A stretch of DNA of 64,000 nucleotides, taken from NCBI GenBank assembly GCA_963774675.1, contig CAVZFV010000010.1:52793-116792 (forward strand), given 5' to 3'. The position numbers and the translations under genes were made by a program. The stretch comes from an uncultured beta proteobacterium. Lineage in GTDB: Bacteria; Pseudomonadota; Gammaproteobacteria; Burkholderiales; Burkholderiaceae_C. The stretch's first letter is position 1. Each line of letters begins with the position of its first letter. Below are positions 39,151 through 48,153 of this stretch, one piece after another. The notes under the pieces are model-generated. The model did not search any database and had not been told where the DNA came from. It worked only from the letters and a program-made list of their open reading frames with translations.

Positions 39151-40233
39151 CTACAGCAGCCCGTCGTCCTCCATGTCCCTCAATGCCTCGGGGTGGAGCA
39201 TCACCTTCAACTTCTTGCGCAGCGGCACGACCTTGGGGTCGAAGTTCTTGACCAGATCTTCGTGCTGGGCGGCGACAAAGTCGCGCATGCGCTTGGCCTC
39301 ACGCACTTCCAGCGCGCGCAGTTCGGTCAAGGGTCGCTCGATGCGCCGGCAGTCGCGCAGAAACGACGTGAAGCGGACCGCCGCCAGCGCATCGGGATCG
39401 CTGAAGACGACGAGCAGGTTGCGTTCGTTCGGGGGCTGGTGTTCCCACGGGTGGTCGTCTAGGAAGCACGCCCCTTGGCGTTGCTCGCAGAACAACTGCC
39501 CCAACTCGCTGCGGCGGCGGAACTGTTCCTCCCAGACTCTGTGCTGTAACTCTTCGAGCAGCGCTTCCTGGGCGTTGGCTTCCACACGCATAACCCAGCG
39601 GATTGACCCGCTCTCGTCGCGCTTTCCGTCCTCGGGGCAGCGCACGTGGCGGTGCGGAAGGCGCGCCTCGATCTCGGCGCTTGCGGCGTCTTCCATGGCG
39701 CCGTAGAGGTGCCACGACGCCATCGTCAGTGTCAAGTAGCACAGCTGGCCGTCCACGAGAACGCGAGCCCAGGTGCCATGAAGGGCGCCGGTGTAGGGTT
39801 CGGGCTGATAGTCCTTGAGGTCCCGCTGCTTGGCGTCCTGCTGGAAGGCGTGGTCGTCGCGGTCGTAGTCGAGCAGCGTCTCGAAATCGAGGATGCTGCC
39901 GTCCTCGGCAAAGTGCTCGTTGAGCGCGAAGGCATCCTCACCGATGCCCTTGAGCGGCTGCAGCCACTCGTTGATGCGGTTCTGCAGGGCGAGCGGCACG
40001 CGCCCATGCGACTCGAGCTTCGCCACCGCTGCAGGCCAGCGCTCGCCGTGCTCGCGTAGCAGCGCCGCGACGATGGCTTCGCGGTCTTCGTCCGGCAGCT
40101 TCACGCGATACCGGAGTTGCTCTTCGGCCGACCAGGCGAAGTACTCCGGCCGAGCCACCATAACGGCACGGCGCAGTTCGGGCGACCACCGGTCGAGGCC
40201 GGTGGCCGATTCGGTGCCGGGTGTGGGAAGCAC
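39151..40233 (-). CDS. Hypothetical protein, no recognisable domain
   Basis: 360 aa acidic protein with codon usage consistent with coding. Convergent with the 372-aa ORF and divergent from the integrase. Confidence 0.55.
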   Translation of the reverse strand: MLPTPGTESATGLDRWSPELRRAVMVARPEYFAWSAEEQLRYRVKLPDEDREAIVAALLREHGERWPAAVAKLESHGRVPLALQNRINEWLQPLKGIGEDAFALNEHFAEDGSILDFETLLDYDRDDHAFQQDAKQRDLKDYQPEPYTGALHGTWARVLVDGQLCYLTLTMASWHLYGAMEDAASAEIEARLPHRHVRCPEDGKRDESGSIRWVMRVEANAQEALLEELQHRVWEEQFRRRSELGQLFCEQRQGACFLDDHPWEHQPPNERNLLVVFSDPDALAAVRFTSFLRDCRRIERPLTELRALEVREAKRMRDFVAAQHEDLVKNFDPKVVPLRKKLKVMLHPEALRDMEDDGLL

Positions 40234-40417
40234 GAAGTCATTCTTTCATGGTCGGTGCGGACTGCCTGCGGGTTCGCTGCGTCGAGCCGATGGCGAGACC
40301 GATGCGATGTTGGTGCCCTTTCGCGGCCAGCGATCGAGAGGGTGTTGACCGGGGATCGGAAGCAGGGACGATGGTTTGGCGGGCGCAACCCGCGATTCAC
40401 CGATCACCCCCCAGACC

Positions 40418-41626
40418 ATGCCCCTCACCGACATCAAGATTCGCCAAGCCAAGGCCGCCGACAAAGCCCTCAAGCTCGCCGACACCGCCGGCCTGTACCT
40501 CGAAGTCAAGCCCAACGGCTCGAAGCTCTGGCGCTACCGCTATCGCATCGCGGGCCGAGAGAACCTGTACGCGATCGGCGACTACCCATCGGTCTCACTG
40601 GCGGAAGCGCGCAAGGCGCGCGACGAAGCCCGCGACCTGATCAAGCAGGGGAGGCACCCGGCGCACGCCCGCCAAAGCGAGCGCACCCAGCAGATCAGCG
40701 CCAACGCGCTGACCTTCAAGGCCATCGCCGAAGAGCGGATCGCAAAGAAGCGCAGCCGGTGGGCACCGTACTACCTGCTGCAGATCCAGCGCGGCATGAA
40801 GAAGGACATCTACCTGCGCATCGGGCGGCTGCCGATCCGCTCGGTCACCGCGGCCGACGTGCTGGCCATCCTGGACCGTGCCACCAAGCGCGGCGCCGAG
40901 GTGGTGGCGCTGAACCTGCGGCAGTGGTGCCCGCAGGTCTTCCGCTACGCTGTGGCCACGCTGCGTGCCGACCACGACCCGGCCTCGGCCCTGCGCGGCG
41001 CCGTCATCCGCCCGCCGGTGAACCACAGCCGGCCGATGGACCGCGACGAGATCGCCGCCCTCCTGCGCAAGCTGCAGGGCTTCGGCGGCCACCGCACCAC
41101 GGTGATCGCGCTGCGCCTGCTGCTGCTGACCTTCGTGCGCACGATCGAGATGCGCAAGGCCGAATGGACCGAGGTGGACCTGGCCGCCGCCGAGTGGCGA
41201 ATCCCTGTCGAGAAGATGAAGATGCGCCGGCTGCACATCGTGCCGCTGTCCACGCAGGCGGTGGCGCTGCTCACCGAGCTGAAGGGCATCACCGGCGCCG
41301 GCCGCTGGCTGTTCCCCAACCACCGCCGGCCGCACGACGTGATGTCGGCCACCACCATCAACCACGCACTGATGGGTCTGGGCTTCGCATCGGCTACCGT
41401 CACCGCGCACGACTTCCGCGCCACCGCGTCGACAAGGCTGCACGAGATGGGCCTGCGCTCCGACTTCATCGAGCTGCAGTTGGCCCACGTGGAGCGCAAC
41501 CGTGTGCGCGCCGCCTACAACCACGCCGACCATCTGGCAGAGCGCGCCGCGAAGATGAAGTCCTGGGCCGACTGGCTGGATGCCATCGCGGCGGAGAGCC
41601 CCAGCGCCCAGAACGCCAAGGGCTGA
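40418..41626 (+). CDS. int: P4-type tyrosine integrase (DUF4102 arm-binding domain + catalytic domain)
   Basis: MPLTDIKIRQAKAADKALKLADTAGLYLEVKPNGSKLWRYRYRIAGRENLYAIGDYP N-terminus. Catalytic HDFRATAST...LAHVERNRVRAAYNH. Confidence 0.9.
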   Translation: MPLTDIKIRQAKAADKALKLADTAGLYLEVKPNGSKLWRYRYRIAGRENLYAIGDYPSVSLAEARKARDEARDLIKQGRHPAHARQSERTQQISANALTFKAIAEERIAKKRSRWAPYYLLQIQRGMKKDIYLRIGRLPIRSVTAADVLAILDRATKRGAEVVALNLRQWCPQVFRYAVATLRADHDPASALRGAVIRPPVNHSRPMDRDEIAALLRKLQGFGGHRTTVIALRLLLLTFVRTIEMRKAEWTEVDLAAAEWRIPVEKMKMRRLHIVPLSTQAVALLTELKGITGAGRWLFPNHRRPHDVMSATTINHALMGLGFASATVTAHDFRATASTRLHEMGLRSDFIELQLAHVERNRVRAAYNHADHLAERAAKMKSWADWLDAIAAESPSAQNAKG

Positions 41627-41641
41627 CCGCCGCGGCAAGCA

Positions 41642-42298
41642 TCACGCGGCCGGCTCGCCGGGGGTGGTGGCCTCCGCTTTCTGCTGGCGCGGACGACCGA
41701 GGATTGCGCCCAGGTACGCCGTCGAGGCTCTCGGCCTGGAGTGACCTGCCAGGCGCGAAACCGCCAGCCGCGCCGCCTTCTCGGCGTCCGCAGGCACGTC
41801 CACGCCGCCGCGCACCGGCGGCTGGTGTCCGGTCTGAACCACGAACTCTTCGATCAGCGCTTCGTGTCGCAGCCCGTGCGCCGTGATGCCCAGCTTGCTG
41901 ACCGTGATCCCGAACTTCTCCAGCACGTAGCCAAAGCGGCGCAGGTTCCGCTTCAGATCCTGGTTGGGATTGCCAAGGTGCGCGTCCGACCCCGAGGCCA
42001 CGGTCTGCGCGTGCTCGATGGCGGCCAACCGTCGCGGGGTGTTCAGCGGCACGAAGCGCTGGCGCCCGTTCTTTGCACCCTGCCTGCCACCAGTTGCCCA
42101 CCTGCCCGCCCTTCGAAGAGTTCTGGCAAGAGTTGCCGGCGGTGTTTGACTGGCTGAACGAAGCGGCTGCTGTGCCGATGCTCGCCGCCATCTCGACTGG
42201 GCGGGTAGCCGTGGATGCCGGATGGCGCCCGCCGGCGATGGTCCGCGCCTGGGGCGCGGGGGCCAACTCCATGGAGACGATCCGCTTCGCGGCTGCAA
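41642..42298 (-). pseudogene. 5'-truncated second tyrosine recombinase (C-terminal catalytic half only)
   Basis: ..RFVPLNTPRRLAAIEHA...GITAHGLRHEALIEEF...LAGHSRPRASTAYLG carries the H-x-x-R, H and Y catalytic residues. The N-terminal ~80 aa of the ORF are Arg/Pro-rich and a normal N-terminal domain is missing. Confidence 0.6.
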
Positions 42299-42777
42299 AC
42301 CGGCTCAGCGTTCAGCTCGACTACACGAAAGAAGACGGAGAGCGCACCGCACCCACCATCGAACCGTATTCGGTCCGTCGCACTAGTGCTGGCGATCTAC
42401 TGCTCTTCGGCGTCAAGGCCGACACCGGGGAACCGAGGAGCTACCGCCTCGACCGAATTCGGTCGGCGACCGTTACCCGCCAGGCCTACCGGCCGCGTTA
42501 CGCCATCGAATTGACAGCCACAGGACCGTTGGACGTCGCAACGATCGCGCGACCCCCGGCACCCGTAGCGCCGCCGAGACTTGACAGGTTGATCGGGGCG
42601 CCCGCATCGAAGCGCGCGCCGTTACCCAAACCGGCGCGCGGCTTCGGCGTGTCGTACACCTTTGCATGCGCCATCTGCGGCAAGACCTTCAAGCGCAGCA
42701 CCTACGACTCCACGCTGAACCCGCACAAGAACAAACAGGGATGGCCGTGCCCTGGGCGAATCGGCCATCCGAAGTGA
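42271..42777 (+). CDS. Small WYL-like domain protein with C-terminal Cys/His cluster
   Basis: Start placed at METIRFAAANRLSVQLDYTKEDGERTAPTIEPYSVRRTSAGDLLLFGVKADTGEPRSYRLDRIRSA (WYL-type beta-barrel pattern). C-terminus FACAICGKTF...NPHKNKQGWPCPG. Confidence 0.55.
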   Translation: METIRFAAANRLSVQLDYTKEDGERTAPTIEPYSVRRTSAGDLLLFGVKADTGEPRSYRLDRIRSATVTRQAYRPRYAIELTATGPLDVATIARPPAPVAPPRLDRLIGAPASKRAPLPKPARGFGVSYTFACAICGKTFKRSTYDSTLNPHKNKQGWPCPGRIGHPK

Positions 42778-42787
42778 ACGAGAACCT

Positions 42788-43220
42788 ATGAATCTGCAAG
42801 AACTGCTGACCAAGCTCGAGACGCCGATCGTCATCCGCCCCACGCGGCGCATGACCCAGGGCGAGCTTGAAACCTACCTCGACAAGGCAGCCGCCCGCGG
42901 ATGCGTGAACCTGCCGGACGGGCGCGCCATCGACTACAAGATTCGGCTCTCGACGCGGGCGCGATCGGCTCGGCTGGGGCAGTTGCGCGAGGAGCGGGCG
43001 CATCAGCCTGAACTGCAAGCTGCTCTTCCTCCCGCGAGAGCTGGTGCGCTACGTGATGGTTCAAGAGATCTGCCACTTGCTGGAAGCCAACCACTCCGGC
43101 CACTTCTGGGCCCATGTGCGCGGGCTGGACAGCTCCGCGGACGCCCATCACGGAAGGATGCGTGATGCGTGGAAGCTTGTACCTGGGTGGGCGCAGCGTG
43201 GCTCGGGCTTGACGCTGTGA
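42788..43220 (+). pseudogene. DUF45 (YgjP/M48-like) metallopeptidase, frameshifted and with degenerate QExxH
   Basis: Frame A reads ..IDYKIRLSTRAR... From about 42960 the +1 frame reads DRLGWGSCARSGRISLNCKLLFLPRELVRYVMVQEICHLLEANHSGHFW. The usual HExxH reads QEICH. Confidence 0.6.
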
Positions 43221-43286
43221 GCTGTCGCAGCAGACCGTAGCCAGAACCACCAAGAGATCGAGATCGCAGCAAGAGCAAGGCGAAAC

Positions 43287-43589
43287 ATGCAGGCCAATCC
43301 GAGAACTATCGATGCGCTGTTCAACTCTCAACTTCGGCAGGTGGTACCGATGTTCCAACGGCTCTACGTCTGGGAAGAGAACCCCCAGTGGTCGACGCTG
43401 TGGGAAGACGTCGTCGAGAAGGCAGACCTCGAGATCGCTGGCACTGAGACCGTGCCCCACCACCTTGGTGCTCTCATCATCGATGGTGTGCGACCCAGCT
43501 CGCCACGGGAAGTAAAGCGGTTCCTGGTCATCGACGGGCAGCAGCGTTTGACGACGCTGCAGCTTCTGCTCTGCGCGTTCCGCGACTAA
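43287..43589 (+). pseudogene. DUF262 (GmrSD N-terminal, ParB-like nuclease) protein, 5' part, cut by the IS
   Basis: ..VPMFQRLYVWEE...FLVIDGQQRLTTLQLLL.. is the DUF262 signature. The ORF ends at the TAA that abuts the IS left end. Confidence 0.75.
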
Positions 43590-44526
43590 GAAGTTATCCG
43601 TAAATAGTACACTGTCGTTCCGAGCCGCATCTCACGCGGTGATCGGACGGCGATATGGCTACACGCAAGCGGGTTAACTCATGGGTAGTGACCGACGACT
43701 TCTGGGAGCGAGTGGAGCCACTGATTCCAGTGCGTACGCGCATCAAGGGCAAGGAGTACCTGCGCAAGCCAGGTGCCGGGCGACCGCCCAAGCCGGCGCG
43801 ACAGGTGTTCGAGGCGGTGGTGTATGTGCTTCGCACAGGCTGCCAGTGGAAGGCGCTGCCCAAGGAGCGATTTGGCAGCGCTAGCGCGGTGCACAAGCGC
43901 TTCTTGGAATGGGAGGAGGCTGGCGTGTTCGAGGCGATCTGGAAAGCCGGACTTGCCGAGTACGACCAGATGGAGGGCATCGCCTGGCGATGGCAAAGCA
44001 TCGACGGGGCCATGTTCAAGGCGCCCTTGGCGCAAGAAGCGGTGGGGCGCAACCCGACCGATCGGGGGAAAAAAGGGGAGCAAGCGACATCTGCTGGTGG
44101 ACGGCCGTGGCGTCCCGTTGTCGCTCGTCGTGACCGGAGCCAATGAGCATGACGTCACCCAACTCGATCAAGTGCTGCGCGTCATCATGGTCAAGCGCAA
44201 AACCCCGGCCACCAGACGCAGCAAGCATCTGTGCGCCGATGCAGGATATCGAGGCAGGCGCGCATTGGAGATCATCGAATCACACGGCTACATCCCACAC
44301 GTCGTCAGTCGCCCCAAGGAAGCCGCGGCCAAGCTGCGCGACCCAGCGAAGAAGGCACGACGCTGGGTGGTCGAGGTCTGCCACAGTTGGTTCAACCGCT
44401 TTCGCAAGCTGCTGGTGCGATACGAGAAGCTCGAACGAAGCTTCCTCGCGCTCAACCACATCGCTGCGGGAATCATCGCGTTTCGCAAGGTCAAGTTGAC
44501 AGTCAACATTATTTACGGATAACTTC
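43590..44526 (+). mobile_element. IS5-family insertion sequence (IS427/IS1031-like), 937 bp
   Basis: 17-bp terminal inverted repeats GAAGTTATCCGTAAATA (43590-43606 and 44510-44526), flanked by TAA on both sides. It encodes a DUF4096 + DDE transposase. Confidence 0.9.
43655..44522 (+). CDS. IS5-family transposase, two overlapping frames joined at a G5A6G4 run
   Basis: Frame A: MATRKRVNSWVVTDDFWERVEPLIP...GCQWKALPKERFGSASAVHKRF...NPTDRGKKG. Frame B (+1) continues SKRHLLVDGRGVPLSLVVTGANEHD...CADAGYRG...RWVVEVCHSWFNRFRKLLVRYEK. Confidence 0.85.
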
Positions 44527-44529
44527 TAA

Positions 44530-45195
44530 GCCAGGAAGAACGATTGGAAGACGCTCGACCGGCCGACGACTCGCTATCTGGCGAACTCCGATGCTGATGT
44601 CATGGAAAGGCCGGACGAGGAGGTATACAAGCTTTGGCCGTCCACGCTGAATCGCGATGTCTTTCGCGCGATCGTGTCGGGTGGCAGCAGAGGCGAGGTA
44701 GAAAAGCGATACCCACTGATCAAGCTACCGAGAAAGAGGAAACCTGAGCCCAGGAGCAACCTCGTCGAGGCCTATCTCTTCTTCGCGCGATCGGTCGAGT
44801 CGTGGGTGACGCAGACATCGACGATGTCCGGAAAGACCAGTGAAGACTGCGCGTTTGCCTTGCTACAGGCCCTGCAGCAACGGTTTCACGTCGTCGAGAT
44901 TGCACTCTCTGAAGGCGATGACGCTCAGGAGATTTTCTATTCGCTGAACTCACAGGGGCGGCCCTTGTCGCAGTCCGACCTGCTGCGCAGCCTGATCTTC
45001 ATGCGCGCCGAGCGGGAGCGACAGGACCGGGACACGATCTTCTCGGACTACTGGAGCAAGTTCGAGACGCCGTTCTGGAGCACCGAGATCAAACGCGCCG
45101 GCCGGACTTATTCCCGGCTCGACCTGGGCCTGCGCTACTTCCTGATGGCCAAGACCGGCCAACTCATCGATGCCAGGCGAGTCAACGAGGAGTAG
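44530..45195 (+). pseudogene. DUF262 protein, 3' part downstream of the IS
   Basis: Same frame as the 5' part once the IS is removed. ..DDAQEIFYSLNSQGRPLSQSDLLRSLIF.. is the second conserved DUF262 block. No DUF1524/HNH-like C-terminal domain follows. Confidence 0.65.
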
Positions 45196-45246
45196 CCCAT
45201 AATGCATCTCATGTCTGCGCGCCTTCTTTCATCAGCAGCACTCTTT

Positions 45247-45443
45247 GGTTGGCGTTGGCACAAGCCATCAGCCTGACCGACCTATTGCGCCCTCACGGGG
45301 CGCCTCAGTCCCCACCCTGCACGTCGCGCCGGCTTCGCCAGCGACAGAAAATTCGGGTATCAAAGCGGGTATGAAACGTGGATGTCTCGCAAGGCATCCG
45401 GCGGAAACAATGGGATAGAGCGCAAATGCTGCTGATGATCGAC
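45247..45443 (+). repeat. Right 197-bp direct repeat (attR-like), continuous with the functional trpG
   Basis: 192/197 identical to 37623-37819. The ATG at 45426 continues into an intact trpG. Confidence 0.95.
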
Positions 45444-46010
45444 AACTACGACTCCTTCACCTACAACCTGGTGCAGTATTTCGGCGAACTCGGCGAAGAA
45501 GTGCGGGTGTTTCGCAACGACGAGATCACGCTTGAGGGCATCGCCGAACTCAAGCCCGCGCGGCTGGTACTTTCGCCGGGGCCATGCACGCCGGCCGAGG
45601 CGGGCATCTGCGTGGCGGCGATTCGTGAGTTCACCGGCAAGCTGCCGATCCTCGGCGTGTGCCTCGGACACCAGGCGATCGGCATGGCGCTCGGTGGCAA
45701 GGTGGTGCGCGCGCAGCGGCTGATGCACGGCAAGACGAGCGAACTGACGACCGATGGGCGTGGTGTGTACGCTGGTTTGCCGAAGGAGTTCACCGTGATC
45801 CGCTATCACTCGCTCGCGATTGAGCGCGCGTCGCTGCCGGCCAGGCTCGAGGTCAGCTCGACTTCGGAAGATGGCGAGATCATGGGGGTGCGCCACCGCG
45901 ACCTTGCGGGCACTGCCACGCCGCTCGAAGGCGTGCAGTTCCACCCCGAGTCGATCCTGAGTGAACACGGGCACGCGATGCTGAAGAATTTTCTGGAGTT
46001 GCGGCCATGA
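45426..46010 (+). CDS. trpG: Anthranilate synthase component II (glutamine amidotransferase)
   Basis: [23 protein letters not shown], catalytic [10 protein letters not shown], and VQFHPES. Start at ATG 45426 rather than the longer ORF. Confidence 0.9.
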   Translation: MLLMIDNYDSFTYNLVQYFGELGEEVRVFRNDEITLEGIAELKPARLVLSPGPCTPAEAGICVAAIREFTGKLPILGVCLGHQAIGMALGGKVVRAQRLMHGKTSELTTDGRGVYAGLPKEFTVIRYHSLAIERASLPARLEVSSTSEDGEIMGVRHRDLAGTATPLEGVQFHPESILSEHGHAMLKNFLELRP

Positions 46011-47125
46011 CGCGCCCGAGCGACAGGCCGTCCCAAGCCGGGCGCGACGTCCGTGGGGGGGCGGCCCACGGTCCCGCGGACCGGGGAGCCGACATCCTGG
46101 TCGATCTGCGCAGCGACACGGTCACCAAGCCCACGCCAGCAATGCGCGACGCGATGGCGTGTGCAGAAGTGGGCGACGACGTGTTCGGCGACGATCCGAG
46201 CGTTAACGCGCTGCAGGAGCGGATTGCGGCAATGTTCGGCTTCGAAGCCGCGCTATTCCTGCCGAGCGGCACGCAGAGCAATCTGGTCGCGATCATGAGC
46301 CACTGCCAGCGCGGCGACGAATACATCGTCGGCCAGATGGCGCACACCTACCGCTGGGAAGGCGGCGGCGCGGCCGTGCTCGGCAGCGTGCAGCCGCAGC
46401 CGATCGCCCATCAGCCGGACGGCACGCTGCTGCCTGCCGATATCGAAGCCGCGATCAAGCCCGACGATGCGCACTTCGCCCGCAGCCGGCTGCTGTGCCT
46501 GGAGAACACGCTCGGCGGCAAGGTGCTGCCGATGGCGTACCTACGCGCGGCGACGACGCTTGCACGCTCGCGCGGCCTAGCGACGCATCTCGACGGCGCG
46601 CGGCTCTTCAACGCGGCGGCCGCGCTTGGCGGTGACGTGAGGCAACGCGCGCGGGAGATCGCGCAGTGCTTCGACAGCGTTTCCGTCTGTTTCTCCAAAG
46701 GTCTCGGGGCGCCGGTCGGCTCGGCCCTGTGCGGCAGTCGCGAGTTCATTGCGCGCGCGCACCGCTGGCGCAAGATGGCAGGCGGTGGCATGCGCCAGGC
46801 CGGCGTGCTCGCGGCGGGCGCGATGCACGCACTCGAACACCACGTCGATCGCCTCGCCGATGATCACGCGAACGCGCGTCTTCTTGCCGCGGGCCTCGAA
46901 GGGCTGCCTGGCGTGACGGTCGAGCCGCCGCAGTCCAACATCGTCTTCGTCGATGTGGCGGCCGGCCGGGCCGATGGCTTGCTCGATCATCTGAAATCGC
47001 GCGGCGTGCTCGCGACCGGCCTCTATCGATTGCGCTTCGTCACGCATCTGGACGTCGATGCCGACGGCATCGCGCGTGCCGTTGCGGCCATGCACGAACA
47101 CCTGAACCGAGAAACCCCGACATGA
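46007..47125 (+). CDS. ltaE: Low-specificity L-threonine aldolase
   Basis: [33 protein letters not shown], and the [11 protein letters not shown]-lysine region. ATGA overlap with the trpG stop. Confidence 0.8.
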   Translation: MTRPSDRPSQAGRDVRGGAAHGPADRGADILVDLRSDTVTKPTPAMRDAMACAEVGDDVFGDDPSVNALQERIAAMFGFEAALFLPSGTQSNLVAIMSHCQRGDEYIVGQMAHTYRWEGGGAAVLGSVQPQPIAHQPDGTLLPADIEAAIKPDDAHFARSRLLCLENTLGGKVLPMAYLRAATTLARSRGLATHLDGARLFNAAAALGGDVRQRAREIAQCFDSVSVCFSKGLGAPVGSALCGSREFIARAHRWRKMAGGGMRQAGVLAAGAMHALEHHVDRLADDHANARLLAAGLEGLPGVTVEPPQSNIVFVDVAAGRADGLLDHLKSRGVLATGLYRLRFVTHLDVDADGIARAVAAMHEHLNRETPT

Positions 47126-48153
47126 CGATTACCGACAACGAAGCGCTGACGCGCGTCATCGAGCACCGCGAGATCTTCCACGACGAGATGCTCGCGCTGG
47201 TGCGTCGCATCATGGGCGGCGAGATGTCGCCGACGATGATGTCCGCACTGCTGATCGGGCTGCGCGTGAAGAAGGAGACGATCGGCGAAATCACCGCGGC
47301 CGCGCAGGTGATGCGCGAGTTCGCGACCAAGGTCGAGGTTGCCGATCGAACCCATCTCGTCGACATCGTCGGCACCGGCGGTGACGGCTCGCACACCTTC
47401 AACATCTCGACCTGCAGCATGTTCGTCGCCGCGGCGGCGGGTGCGCGCGTCAGCAAGCACGGCAATCGCGGCGTGTCGAGCAAGTCGGGCAGCGCCGATG
47501 TGCTGGAAGCCCTCGGCGTGCCGCTCACGCTGACGCCCGAGGCCATCGCGCGCTGCATTGCAGAAACCGGCATCGGCTTCATGTTCGCGCCGAATCACCA
47601 TCCGGCGATGAAGAACGTCGGCCCGGTGCGCCGCGAACTCGGCGTGCGCACGATCTTCAATATCCTCGGGCCTCTGACGAATCCGGCCGATGCGCCCAAC
47701 ATCCTGATGGGCGTGTTCCACCCCGACCTGGTCGGTATTCAGGTGCGCGCGCTACAGCGCCTGGGCGCCGAACACGCGCTCGTCGTCTATGGGCGCGACG
47801 GCATGGACGAAGTGTCGCTTGGCGCGGCGACGATGGTCGGCGAAGTGAAGGATGGCCGCATCGAGGAGTACGAGATCCACCCCGAGGATTTCGGCCTGAC
47901 AATGGCGAGCAACCGCGCGTTCAAGGTCGAGACGCCGGAGGAGAGCAAGGCGCTTTTGCGCTCGGTGCTCGACGACGAACCCGGCCCGGCGCGCGACATC
48001 GTCGTGCTTAACACCGGAGTCGCGCTCTACGCGGCGAATGTCGCGCCGTCGATCGACGAAGGCATCGCGCTCGCGCGCGAGGCGCTGGCATCGGGCAAAG
48101 CGCTGGCAAAGATGCAGCAGTTCATCGCTGCTGCGAAGGCGCTCGCCAAGTGA
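47122..48153 (+). CDS. trpD: Anthranilate phosphoribosyltransferase
   Basis: [39 protein letters not shown] overlap with ltaE. Confidence 0.95.
   Translation: MTITDNEALTRVIEHREIFHDEMLALVRRIMGGEMSPTMMSALLIGLRVKKETIGEITAAAQVMREFATKVEVADRTHLVDIVGTGGDGSHTFNISTCSMFVAAAAGARVSKHGNRGVSSKSGSADVLEALGVPLTLTPEAIARCIAETGIGFMFAPNHHPAMKNVGPVRRELGVRTIFNILGPLTNPADAPNILMGVFHPDLVGIQVRALQRLGAEHALVVYGRDGMDEVSLGAATMVGEVKDGRIEEYEIHPEDFGLTMASNRAFKVETPEESKALLRSVLDDEPGPARDIVVLNTGVALYAANVAPSIDEGIALAREALASGKALAKMQQFIAAAKALAK

Larger units (their letters stand above)
37820..45246. mobile_element. Integrase-bearing genomic island inserted in the 5' end of trpG
   Basis: 7,427 bp between the two 197-bp repeats. It carries a P4-type tyrosine integrase, a second recombinase fragment, an IS5-family element and non-housekeeping ORFs. 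It interrupts the trpE ... trpG-trpD-trpC arrangement. Confidence 0.85.

Noticed and set aside
40234-40417. Searched for an excisionase/AlpA-type small HTH gene next to the integrase.
   Set aside because: No plausible small ORF was found. The 139-aa ORF 40221-40640 is Arg/Pro/Ser-rich and overlaps the integrase start.
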